Shown: positions 36,101 through 49,500 of the stretch, one piece after another
Layout: each line of letters starts with the position of its first letter
Numbering within the stretch: the first letter of the stretch is position 1
NCBI GenBank assembly: GCA_965637545.1
Contig: OZ281494.1
Span: 17,856,001 to 17,920,000 of the forward strand
From: Phallusia mammillata
Lineage: Eukaryota
Direction: 5' to 3'
DNA: 64,000 nt
Program-made: the position numbers and the translations under genes
Notes under the pieces: model-generated
What the model was told of the DNA's origin: nothing
The model's database searches: none
What the model saw: the letters and a program-made list of their open reading frames with translations, nothing else

Positions 36101-39100
36101 TCGATGCACGCTAAGGTCATACTTCGAGTCAAAAATACGATTTAAGCTGATTAACATATGACTTTGCTAAAATGATTTGCACGAGCGTGTGCAATGTTGC
36201 CCATGGCATTTTTTAATATTTTTACTGCCACATTTTTAAATTAAGATATGTCAGTCATAGAAATGATAAAACGCGGTTTAATTTCAAAGGCAAATTTGTC
36301 GCGGGAATCTTCAGGTAGAGACCAAACGCCGACGGCGCGCGTCAAACCAATGGCGCGTCACCTGAAAACATCAGTGAATACAAAGGCGCCGAGGCCGAAC
36401 GAAGCAACCATTGCCTGTGATCAAACGCAGTACAAGTAAAACGCCGCCCCGCTTTGATTCTCCCGCCGTGAGAGGGAACGGATGGGCTTTGTGAATCACA
36501 GAGTGAACTCTTCACTTCCCACGCCCCATCTTATGCTGTGGGTGGCAAGGTTGCAGCACAGTCACTGTCCTCGAAAGTCACACCTTCTTTCCCTCGCGAA
36601 CCGCGTTTAATCAAGGCCCTCCGTCGCGAGAAAAGTTTATTTTTGCCCAAATTAGTCGATATAAGTGGCAGCGTTCTTAAATTGTGGTTGGTTCGCTGCT
36701 TGAAGACGGCAATTGCTGCGATAGTTTTCTGTCTATTTTTGTGGCCAATTATCGATCAGATCAGCTTTTCACACACTGCGAGGTTTAGTATACGATCTGA
36801 AGACTATTTTGGGGTGGAGAATCTTTATTGCGATCAGTTATGGGTCAGCATTTTGTTGAGTTTGCCCGTAAATCCTTTTTGCAACCTCCGACGAATAAAG
36901 CAAAACGTTTTGTCAAAAATTTGCGCTGATTATTTTTTCAAGACTTAAATTGGGTGCAACAGGGTGTAGAATAGTGCAAACAAGGGACATCGAGCCCATA
37001 TTTTCGTCTGTTTGGCTCCGGTGCCACGTAACACCACTCCTGTTATATTTTCGTGAAGTCTATCACGTTTGAGCGCAATGCATCCATGCACGTGCCACAG
37101 CAAACCCACCATCAATTTCGCCTGGTGGCCGTCATGTCACCTCCGGCAACACAGCATAGATCCGCTGGCGGTCTTGTGACGATTTCCACACGCCCAACTC
37201 ACACCTTCCACCTCGCCTTCAAGCGGAAATCGGCGTGTCGCCTCGTTAAAACACAGCCCTTGAGGCGCGTGACTTTGTTGTCGGGTATGCCATATCAAAT
37301 TGCTACTGCCCGTTTATGGAGAGAAACACGACGACTTGGTTGCACTCTCTTTTTTGTAACATACCCAACCATCTTCCATTGTGAGTAACCACTACAGTGG
37401 CATCGTCTGGGTTTAAACAAGCGAAATGGAATGACTGGCAGGCGACGATTGAGACTCGTCTACATATTTTGAATCTGTGGGACCGCTTTGGCATTCTCAT
37501 AGGTTCCAGGTTAGACACCTGTCGCAGACGCAATTTACACGCTTCGTTTAAAGTTTCCCATGACTTGAACATGTTGACATCGGATGTTTCCTGACTATCA
37601 TAACATTTATGGTTGGTCGGTGGCGTGGGACGAATACAGGTGCTCCGCAGAATTCCAATCCCAAATCAAACATGCCTTAAGTAAAGCGTGTCAGTAAGTT
37701 TTCCCATGTAGCTATTTCTAAACAAGGTGCTGAGCCTGGTGGTCGTAAAATCCTTTTGGATTCCATATTTGGCGAAAGTGATTTTTCTTTTTTGATTTTT
37801 GGCAAAAGATTGAATACAAAACATCCAATAGGTTTAAAATTTGAGCACAAAAAATGCCAACGACCAATCAAAATAAAATGAAATATTCCTGCTGTTTTGG
37901 TTGTTTGGTTTCACAGATCGCAATTGTCGCTTTTGTCAGGATCCGACCTGTCAGGGTGTCAACTCAGTTCAACTTAGATATTACATTTTAATTCCAACAT
38001 TCTGAAAGCATAATGTTTTAGCCTAAACATATGTAACGCTGACTAGCAAACGACCGCACGTAGACAAGGCAGGGTAAACAACCGCCAAATGGCCGGAAGG
38101 GGCCAACGGACAGTGTTTACCTGAATGTTATTGCGACCTGTTCGTTTTTTACAATTGTCCTGAATTTAGACGAGGGAATTTTTGTTGCCACCCAATTTAG
38201 AGCTCAGGCACCGAGGAGCAAGAAGACTTGTTCGAACAATGGGACAAATAGGTCTTTAAGCGCCCGTGAAGTAGGCGACGACACTTTGTATCCAAGTGGC
38301 GCATGGCAACGTTTATTATCGGAAACCCTGGCGAGGTTGTTGTGATTTCAATGTGAAAAAGATTGGAGTGATGATTAACTTTTTCGCGGGCCGCGTGGAG
38401 CGCCAACGGGGAGCATCCTTTTTTGTTCAGTGGTTAACGGGGGCCATCAAAGCAATTCAGGCGCCGGGCCACAGGGGCGCGCGCAGCCAACGACCATTAC
38501 AACCGCCGGTTCAAAGAAACACGTCGAGCGCCAATAAATCGCTCGCTGGAATGGCAAAGACAAACATCAGCGGTGTTTTGCAGTGCCACTCGAACGCTGA
38601 ACGGTATCCGGAGTTCAAAGAAGCCTTGTTGAGCCCCTCATTTGTTGGTAACGGCGAACATGTGTTAGCGTTGTGTTTTTGTTCAACCTTGAGCAAACAG
38701 GAACGCTATGATCCGCCTGCTCGGGCAGGTAAATTCCTTTCAATTCCGACGAGGTGACTTTCAATAATCGTGTTTAGCTATGTGAACCACTTAACAAAAT
38801 TTGTGTTAGTTGTATTGCACGAGGTGAGCAGGCTTACCGCCTAGACTCGTAGAATTACTTTTTCCCAAAATAAGAAATAAGCTTTTCCATGACATTGTTA
38901 TGTTCGTGACGTCAATCGTTTCTCAACATAGCCAGTTATACGCACCTATCATATTTTAAATCAACATACAGTATTCATCGATCGAATTATTTATCAGCAT
39001 GTACACGAAACGACGTTTTTATATTCTGCACTAATCCAATAGTTCTAATGCTACAAATGACTGTAAAAACTCATTGAAGTTTATACCTGTAAAATTAGTG

Positions 39101-41239
39101 CACGCTTGCAAAAAGGAAAAACATAATGATCATGATTCAGTTCTGCTTAGTCGCCAGACATTTCTACAAATTTGCGTTTGCAGCATTAATTATTGTTGCG
39201 GTATTGAAAACAATCCACTTTCTGTAAAAGTAAAAAGTGATACTTTTCTTTCCAAAACAACTAAAAAGCAAGTGGGGAGCATAGGACCAGTCGATGAAAA
39301 CATGGAATAACCCTATGTTAAATTAATTGCGCTATGCACGTGATGGACAAAGTCTGCATCATATACCATCCATAATTTCATTTCATGCCCCAATATTGGG
39401 GGCATCCCTAAAAACACCACAGAAAACCATAACGCGTGATTGCACAACAGTTAGCCCAGAAGTTGTGCTACCGCAAGGGGTTTCACCCTTTTACTGTTAC
39501 ACAACACTTGCGACGTGTCTTTCGTGCTACTGTCAAGGTTTATAAATTCCCCGTCGGGTAAAAGTAAACTTGTGGGCAATAACAATAATAGCCTTCTCGA
39601 ATGTTCCACCAAGTCAGCAATTTTGAACAACAACAAAACTGCTGTGTCACCTTGTCGCCGGAAAGCCACGAGTTGATTTCAAGAGGCTCTGCCTTCTCTC
39701 TTTTTAACTCTGCGAAAGTGCGAATGTTTTAAAATACGTAGGAGTTATTATGATGCAACATCGCGCCATAACATGTAGGAATGCTTTTGCATTGTCGAAT
39801 TGGGACACGTTGTATTACGTTGGGTCGTTGCGAAAACAAGGATGAATTGCATTTTCGTGCATTGGGGTTGAAGTCAAGAACATTTTCTTTAGCAGGCAAA
39901 ATGCTTTTTTACGGACTGAACAGAAACAGCACATTTACTATTTCTATTAGACGCGTGGCATATCAAACAAGATACACATTGCGTCTAACCCCAATAGGCA
40001 ATTGTATTGATACATTTTGTTGACATGTTTAAACAACTGCGATCGATCATGTGGATTAATACCTCTTGCACGTGATCAGAGTGTTGCGCGTTATCAGTGA
40101 TGTGTGGCACCCATTACCTTTGTGATTCCCTGTAGTGTTTATTTGAATAATGGGGTCAGCAAATGGACTTTGGTTCATAAAGTGCATGAACCCATATAAT
40201 CAAACACATGTGGAGGTGTAACTGTGGGAGGCGTGATATTAGGCGTGACAACCAGCGAACTTGCTGAGGCCGTTGAATGAACTTTGTACCATGTAGCAAC
40301 CTATAACACGCGGCAATCCTTCCAACACGCGTAGAGACTTGAATCAATTGATTGCGACACCAATCTTGGTCGCTGACTGTTCGTTAGGACATATGTTGTT
40401 TTTCTCACATTTTCCAAAGCGTGGCAAAATAATTGGGCGAGCCCAGACACGCCCCTTCAGGTCAAAGACGGTTGGAAAGCTGTTGGCTTGAGTGACGTTT
40501 TGCACCAATGTGTTGCAACGTTACACAAAATAATTGGTGTCATGTTTCAGGTACAGACGTTGGTGCAACAAATCTAAGACATGCGAGAATGTTTCGGTCA
40601 AACCGTTTCAGGGATTTATCATCCAGAAATGCAGGGTTAAATTTGTACTGTTATTCGTTTATTACCGGGTCAAATTTTTTCTGCATCTACGCCAATTTGA
40701 TGTTTTTGCAACTGCTGCTGAACATATGTGTATCAGCACGAATTGCGCTTTCAAAAATGTTAATGAAGTTTGTTTCCACTGTACTTTCAATTTATTTCCG
40801 ACCGAAACTATTTCATTTGCAAGGATGTCCCAGCTTCTATTGTTTTTCAAGCGCAACGCAAATGGTATTCAGTAACAACAACTTAAATGTCACCACACGT
40901 GCTTACCATGGCATGGAAACACCAGGTCAGTGTACCCACAGAGCAACTGATTCGTAAAAAATGTGACCCCGCTTATAGGGTTGGGAAACTCAGACCCCAA
41001 TTACGAAAATAGCCTTGCGTTAAACACGCTCAGTCAATATTTGGCACATCGTGTCACTTACAATGCACCGTTTCTGTAATGGAATTTACCAAGTTACTTT
41101 TCTTAAGTATGTTTCATAAAATTGTTTGCCTAATTTAGTAGAGTAAGTGTTTGCTTGTAAATTGGTATTAAGCCTTTCTCTCCACCACGTCAAATTTAAT
41201 CAGTGTTTAATCCTGCCTGAGTGTGAAAACAATAAACAA

Positions 41240-42495
41240 TGTACATTTTCACCCAATGTTTTATTTCACCACAACACAAAAACATATAACCATGTAAATA
41301 TTGGTTTGTTTGTGAACTTGGTTTAAAAAGGAATACAGGGTACAAGGCACATTACGAACGAAATATTGCGCTTTAAAAGAGACACAATAACACAAAAATT
41401 TGCGAAAATACGCAGTTGTCGAGTAAACGTTATACACGTAATGATCAAACATAGTGTTGTAAATCGTTCAATACACGAAGGACACAAGCATTCACACATG
41501 CATGTGCGTCATAGAACGATTACAACGTCACTTGACAAGATTTGGCTGATTTTCACTTGTTTCTTCTGATGCTCACGCGGGGATAATTCACCCGGATGTG
41601 ACGATACAAGCTAGTTTCGCCGTTTGCTATCTACAAGAGAAAACAAAATTTCGGTCAATTACATTTCAAGTCACACAATACAACCAAATATGTTTTGTAA
41701 AATCAAATCGAAAGCGATTTATAGTCACTTATCACTGGTGCATATGACGAAAAAACACATAAAAACACAAACAATTTGATTAAAAGTACAACTTACAGCG
41801 TTTTGGCGATTTGTTGTTTGTACAGGATCACATCTTGAAATGTAGAGAATGTCGCAGAACTTGTTTTTTTGTTTTGTTTATATATACAGCCGCAAGTGAA
41901 GCTCCTCTCATCAGCATGTTGAATCCCAGAGGTACACTTTGCGAGTCAATAAACAGTTTGTGAGCAAGTTCTTTTGCTTTTTGCTCTTTGAAAGAGTTCA
42001 AAACTAGCAGTCGTGTCGACAGGCTGATGCTTGTCTTTTTTGTTGCAATTTTTTTCTTGTTTTTTCCATAAAGGTCTTTTTTTGGTGCATCAGTCCCCTT
42101 GCAAACGCTCGTGCATGGTAGCATTCCCTGCACTTGTTCGGGGAACCAACTTGGCAAAACCAAGCCTGGTCTCCGACACGACGCTGCTAGTAGATGTAGC
42201 TACGCTGCTACGAAGCATTGTTCGATATTGTCTTTTGTTTTTTGAAGTTTTGCCACTGTGGATGATACAGCTTGACTTCTTGCAAACATATACAGTCCAA
42301 AATTCAGAGATAGGTAAGTAAATTCGTTCTTCCTCCAAGCCAGTAAATCTTCGAGAATCCAGACCAGCTCGGTCCAGAATCACTGCCAGTGGAGGCCCAT
42401 GACGACGAATTTTTTAAGGTTTTTTAAACACTAAAAAAACCAACAACTGTACACTAACAGCACACACTATACAGCACGCCGTTCTTACAGAGAAT
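41240..42495 (-). ncRNA. Transcription unit B: spliced lncRNA or smORF transcript, apparent paralogue of A
   Basis: TATAAAA at 42526-42520; Inr CTCATTC with its A at 42495; intron 41796-41631 (GTAAGT ... TTTTCTCTTGTAG); AATAAA at 41265-41260 followed by a GU-rich tract; same kink-turn hairpin as A. Confidence 0.55.
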
Positions 42496-42519
42496 GAGGT
42501 GACGCAACCGCGCTAGCGC

Positions 42520-42526
42520 TTTTATA
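42520..42526 (-). promoter_or_regulatory. TATA box of transcription unit B
   Basis: TATAAAA 31 nt upstream of a consensus Inr. Confidence 0.65.
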
Positions 42527-43540
42527 CGAGCCAGTTGCGATAGCAAACAGTCACGGGACATGTACCTTATAAGGCGATCACGTGTTTCGGCGTATTGCGC
42601 AACACAACGGAAAATCATTGTGATTCGCCTTTGTGAGGGTTGGGCTTGTCCAAAGGTTGTTGCGAAGGGTGTGTAGGATCGGCATGTTTCGAATTCTTTT
42701 CTGTGAAAATGTTTAATGAACCAAAGACAACAACATTCACGAGGCAAATATCACTTTTTTACCCATAAACTGCATTTTATGTATCATTTAGGTTGCTATG
42801 AATATTAGTGACATCCTTACAACCTGACTTAGACTCCGTTTATTTTGCGTAAATTACTTTTTAGCCGTCTTAACTTTGGCAAACGAATATGTTTTGCTGT
42901 TGTGAATTGTGAAGTGACATAGGGCCGGGTTTGTTTTGGAGGCGTCACTCCGAACACGCCTCCAGCGATGACGCATCGGGAATCCCCGTCACTTTCACTG
43001 GCGCGCGGAATTTTTGGTGAAACGTTTTCGATTCGTAAGTCTTGTGATGAAGAAGCTGCAATACGTACGAAAATTAGTGGAATTCAGAGCGTGATATCCC
43101 TGCCATTAGGCTTGCCAACTTGCCACAGGCAATTTTCACGACTGCAGAATTTTTAGCGCACCCGCAGCTGGAACTGAACATATAGTGACGTGTAAGTTGT
43201 GACGTCAGGGGAAGGCGGACCTTATTGACTGGGCATTACTAATTGATGAGTCGTTTTTTGTTCGAACATTCCTTTGTTAACTCGGTGTACAAAATTAGCA
43301 ACATGTCGGGACATTATTTGATCTCCCGTACGTACGGTATTGCGAATCAAGTTTTTTTAATCTTTTTCAACATTGCTTTGTCACTGGAAAATTGATGATT
43401 CAAATGTATACAATAAAAGAAGTCATGGTGGATTGTTTTTTAATTATACCAACTTTTTTTCTAGTCGAAAGCACTTGGTGACTTGGTAAAAAAATAATGT
43501 ATTTGCCAATCACATAACCTCAAGCCATTTTGCCACTGTC

Positions 43541-46500
43541 ATGGATTACACTGAAGAACAAAAACAAGAGTTTGAGGCACTTTCTGCCATTTTGATGGAT
43601 GATTTTGTCGGTGTGTGGAATAGAATATGTTGTAGTGAAAAGTGTGATAAACTATGTTTAAAAACTAATCTTTGTGACAGCTTCTTATTCAAGGATGTTT
43701 TTGGATCCTAATATAGCAAGTGCTTTAATACTACATGGGAATTTTACACTTAACCAATAAAGTTGTTTTCACTTCACAGACCTCGCCACCACTCCAATGT
43801 CATGCATGATTACCTTAAGTGGTATTGTGACAGAATCAAACACTACTTTCCACCTAAAAATCACATTGCCAGACAATTACCCTGATGCAATACCTTATGT
43901 TGATATTCCCATCAGGGGCCATTCTCACCACAATAGTCTGAAAGTAAACTTAATTCAACATTTAAATGACAAGGTAATTTGTGGTACAGACTTAAATTTG
44001 TTTATGAATATGTGTAAGATTACTTACACTCAGACCCACTTTAATGTTGTGGACTACTACAGTTTTTTATTTGGTTGAGTTCTAATGCTGATGTTTATTA
44101 TTAAAACTGGAATTTAAGTGTTTTTAATGTGAACAGTTTCTTTAGGCCCAAGAAAACCTTGGATCCCCATCTTTATACACTTTGGTTGAAGAGGCCAAAA
44201 GCTGGCTAGCTGAACATTTGCATGATTACAATACACAACAGAAAAACATAATTGAAGTGGAACAAAAGCAATCAATTGATGAAACAGTGAAGTTAGAAGA
44301 TGGTGGTCAAACTGAATCTGAAGGAAAATGGGATTTTGTCATTGGTCTTGTGGTAAATATTGCTTCTAATCATCACTTGTAGCAAACTAAAGTACAATGT
44401 ACCAAGGTGATATGTATAAATTCAATGTTTTTATGAGTTTAGAAAACGATTCATAAATGCTACCTAAATATCATTTTTGCTATTTAGTTTTGTTATTCTT
44501 ACATCTTATTTAGGGCAAGCCATCAGCTGGAAAAAGCACTTTTTTCAATGCCGCAACAAAATTCCCCAAAGCAAAGGTTGGAATTCATCCATTTACTACA
44601 ATAGAGCCAAACTTTTCACAAGCATTCTACTCAATACCTGACCCCACCAACAACAGAGGAATTGTCTCTGAACCTGGTAATTGTTTTTGTAATAAACTCT
44701 TATGGAAGTGCCATTTTTTAAATTTAAATTATCCATGTATAATGTGTGTTTGTGTGTTGAATTAGACCCAATACATCAATACAGGTTGTGTATTCAGTGT
44801 AGGTTTAATAGTGGCTCATTTCATTTATTTTAAGTATGGATATCTTTCTGCACCTACCATCTTTTATCACATAATTCAAAATTTTGTAGACACAATGTTT
44901 TAACTGAAAGTATTTTCATTGATTGAAATATTGTAATATTAATTCATCCAAATACAGTGTAAATGATCAACAGAATAGTTGTCAAAGACCCACACTTCTC
45001 CTCATGACATCACATTCTTGTGGTGAAAAGCAAAACCTGAGTCATTATGCTTATGGCCTTAAGGAATATCATCAGGTGAACTATGTACCTCAGTGAAACT
45101 GTGTGGCAATCAACCACTGGCTTGCCTGTGAAATTCTGAACCCAAGTAAAACATATTTACCATTGCAGCTTATGGAAAACACCATGATGGCCTGCGGTAT
45201 ATTCCAGTGATTTTGAAGGACGTTGCGGGGCTGGTACCAGGTGCGTCCGACGGGAAGGGCCGAGGAAATCGGTGTGTAAATACTTTACCAAGATATTTTT
45301 ATCGATTTGGAGCATTTTGGTTTGCAGATTTATTGTCTTATCGTGTCTGAGTGGCCTATTGATTTTTGTGGAGCTGGTGACTTACGCAGATGGTTTGGTG
45401 CGTCACTAACTGACGTATCCCTCCGTATGGGGGTGTAATATCAGTCGCGTATATGCTAAAACTCGTTTAAAAAACAGCGATAGCAAATGCTTTTTTGGGG
45501 GATATTTGCAGCATAAACGTCAGTAGTCCTCAAACTGTTTGTTTTTCAACAAGCGATTGCTATTGTGGGTGTTGGAATATGTACCTAACACACTCTATTA
45601 ACCACATTTTTAACAAACGTTTATGGCTGCTAAGGTTGTCCTTGACTGTGCATCCATTTCGGGAAATCTATTTCACAAATACCATACAACAATCCATCTG
45701 TTTGAATTGATCGATCGTCTCTTTCCAAAACTAATGATCATAAAATTTACACACTTTTGATGTAGATACCAGATGAATTGGGTTAGGAATTTCATAGGTC
45801 ATTTTTCCCCAACAGATAAGGCTACAAGCGTTCATGCTAAGTACAAAAAGAAATCTTTAATGCCTATGCGATAGAATGAACAAGGCCTTTTTTATTTTGC
45901 ATTTGTTGCCAAATCGTGGTGTCGACCTTACAATTAGGGTTCATATCCCAAAATATATTCCGGATTGGGGAAATGATTGCGCTTCAAAGTAACGGATATG
46001 TTGCATTTAGGACTCGTCCGTTTTTAATGTGGTAACGGATGTCTTTCCTCTGACGCTATCTATGCGTTAACTTTCCGAAAGAGCGGACCATTTATGACGC
46101 AACGAAAACTCCCTAAGTTTCTCAATAAAACATGGTTCGCATTTGTGCTGTACTGTAGGTTCATTACCCCTAATGGTAATATATGGTGACGACCTATGTT
46201 AATTCTTATGCAATCGCGTGTTATTCACACCCATATGCCTTGCGATGAGCAATGTCACACCAGGGCGAGCCGTTCTCTCGTGCGAGGCGTGACGTAACAT
46301 GTACCGCGTCACGATTTTTTCCAGTTCTGACAGTCGAACATCCAAAGCACAATACTTGTAAATTTGGGACTTTTTATCATCACCTGTACTGGACCACAGA
46401 AAAATTTACGGCGATATCTTTGTGGAGAAAAGTTTAGCCGAAGTCATGTGCCTCTTGAATCCATTGGAGAAAGTTTCACTAGATTGCGGTTTTATCACAC

Positions 46501-49500
46501 CCGGGCGAAATTGGATTGGTCACAAGCGTTTCCTGAACATATTTACGCAAGATAAACGAATGATATGTTCACCGGGCACTTTCATCGGAGAAACAACGGA
46601 TAAAAACTGTTGCGCTTATTTGGTTTTCTGCACTATATGTGGGTCTTCGTACCCCACATTTTGTATTTGGCCTAACGAGTTGAATAAGCTGAAAACAAAA
46701 ATAAACTCTTGAAAAGCTCTTTCTGAGAAAAGTTCCAGAATAGCAATTGGGACAATTATAGTACTGTAAAGGAAGTTATGTTTTATTGTTGCCTCGTGTG
46801 TAAGGGTTTATATTCATCTGGACCGTATTAGGTGAAATTGTACAAAACTTCACGACTGTGCATTAAACTAGTACTTTATAACCAGACAACCCATATATGC
46901 CCCGTCTATTCGTGTTACTTACAGTTAGTTGCAGGAATTGTAATTTTTTGGGTGGCATAAATTCGTAAAAACGATCGCTAATTTTTGGGTTGTCTTTATT
47001 AACAACTTTATTTGACGTGGACCCTTTTTTAATTTCGGATTATAGGTCGTTTCATTAGCGCTAACAGATTGAAAGTCAATTACGGAAAAATGATTTTGGA
47101 TTAAAATGTTAAACGCCAATTTCGCATGCCACGTGTTTTACGCGTTACTTTGTATTGTGAAAATCTGTGAGGGACGCTTGTACTTTGCAACCTCAAAATC
47201 ATTATAAATCGTTTCATGTAAAAAACACGATGCTAAAAGTACAATATGCAGCAATATATTTTATTCAGTTGTTACCGCATTGACGGTTTCAATTTCGTCT
47301 CGTTTCCGTCCTGTTATAAAAATACATTAGATTTCTCTGCGCGAACACTGCCACTATTTATGATGTGAAGTTTACTTTTTATCGGTGAAGAACATCTTGT
47401 ATTTATGAAAGTGCTGAACTTTCACATTAGCCCATCCCACAATCCGGATCCCTAAAATAGTACGACTGAAATACCTAATGTCGGGCTTTAACGTCAATGC
47501 GACAAGTTTGTAGCGTTACAAAGCAGGGCGTATATACACGCTCGTCGGAGCTGAAGGAAATCGGAAGCGACTTGCTCCAGTTTCATACGTAGATGCGGCC
47601 AGGTCTGTCTGCCCACAAGCACCTATTTTTGTTCTTCAAGAAAGCGTGGCCATTGATTGTTGCCGCGCGTTGAAAGGTCATGGTCACTGAGAGTTTGTGT
47701 TCGCCATAGACACAATATTGAACTGTGACGTCAATTTAAACCTATGTCCAAGACGCGCATGAATGACCCTATGCTTTTTGTGTGATCATTACCCGGTAAA
47801 ATGTGTGGTTGCTAACTAAAGCGTTTGACGCAGAAGAGTAGTGAGAAAATTGCTGTTTTCACAGATTGATGATTTATGCCGAAACAATTCCCGCCTTTGT
47901 GCAAATGAACGTATAGTTTACCAGCGTATCTTGCCAAAACGTGTAGTGTATACCTTAATGTATCCGCGGTGGTGGATTATTTTGTGCCGGTATGGAGAAA
48001 CTACAATCCGTAGACTTTACGATCGCTCATCAGGTGTGGCAAATCATTGACGCGACGCTAAGTAAATTTAACGAGCGTCGTGTTCCAGTAAAAAAGTGAA
48101 TTGGAAATCTGCGATCTTCCAGCGGATGTTTATCCCTTCTGGGAATGACGCTCGCATCGCTATTGATTAGTTACAAGCTGAGGGTAATGTTTTCAACTGT
48201 GACGTATTATACTCAAATTTATGACACGTTGCCATGATGCAAAACCCCTAGTGAAGTAATTGTGGTAATTTGGAAGAATTTTAAACTTGCTTATATATTT
48301 ACTTTCAACGTGTATCGTGTAAAAGTACGTCATTTGCGATTGCTGTTTCATAAATAAGCACCAACCCACTAAGCTGACCGCCAATTTCCGACTTCAAGTG
48401 TCGTATACCACATACGTCATGGGATCTGAGTCTTTGACATAATCTATATAAGCAAGTATGAAATCATACTAGATTGTATTCATTTTATTGTGTTGGTAAA
48501 ACAGTCCAAAACAATGGCCTGCTATATTCAGTGACTATAGTGTATAAGTACCCCGTTTGTTTGTTTTTTAAGGCGAAATTATTACCAATTTACCTCCTAC
48601 GTGTAATGTTTAGCCTTGCCAGCGAAAGTTCGCGACGTGTAACCGGACTTCTACGAAACGCGTTTTTGTCATAATCTCACCCCTAACCGCGCATCCGTCT
48701 TACCACACGACCGTCCGCCGAATTACGTAACGTAACTCGTAAAATAGCGATGCTAGCTCATGATGTCCAACGAACTCGCCAATTGCCCAGAGACGGGTTA
48801 AATAAACTGAACTCGTAAACGTTGTAGCGCTTCCGCATTTTGCCTGCGTAACTTACAAGTAATTGGTTTTTCTGGCTGGTTATGCCGCAACGACGTGAAG
48901 AGACTACGTCAGCAGCGCTATGATTGCTAAGCAACCAAACAAACTTTATCTTTAGACTACATTTGTGGTTTGTAGTAAAACGTTTTGCACATTCCCATCT
49001 ATCCATTTAGAACAAAATAATATGCGATTTGTTTTTCTTCAAATTTGAACTTTTTCTTACCCAGTGCAACGCCAAACAATCGCCATTTTTTATGCGTTTA
49101 AAATAAAAATGACGATCGTGGTGCAAAATCATGTTTTTTTCCTTCTGACATAATAAAATTTATTAAGATCTGTATGGGTTAGCATCTAATTCATTTGTCT
49201 AAATTTTTATGTTTAGTCACACAATAAAAATATAAATCGTTTGAAGGGATTGTCGACATAGAACATTGTTTGATTATTTACACAAACAATCGTTTTGGCG
49301 TTCATGATCAAACATTAGTAATTTGCACGAATCTCTTATAAACGTGTGGTCACAAAGGGTTGAAAAACTTCGGGATTACTCTTAAACATAACAAATCCAC
49401 GGGTGGCAGGAAATGACATTGGGAAACACTAAATTAGCATTTGTCATATCATTTCATAAAATGCAAGGTCATGAAACTGTATCAACAACATGGCGTTCCG

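Noticed and set aside
38296-38757. 153-aa + strand ORF
   Set aside because: GTG start, no recognisable motif or splice context; explained by locally high GC.
42138-42176. Strong short hairpin in unit B as a possible pre-miRNA
   Set aside because: About 39 nt, too short for a Drosha/Dicer precursor, and not shared with unit A.
42380-42400. Antizyme-like frameshift at ATG GGC CTC CAC TGG CAG TGA
   Set aside because: No UCC-UGA-type site, and no downstream frame resembles antizyme ORF2.
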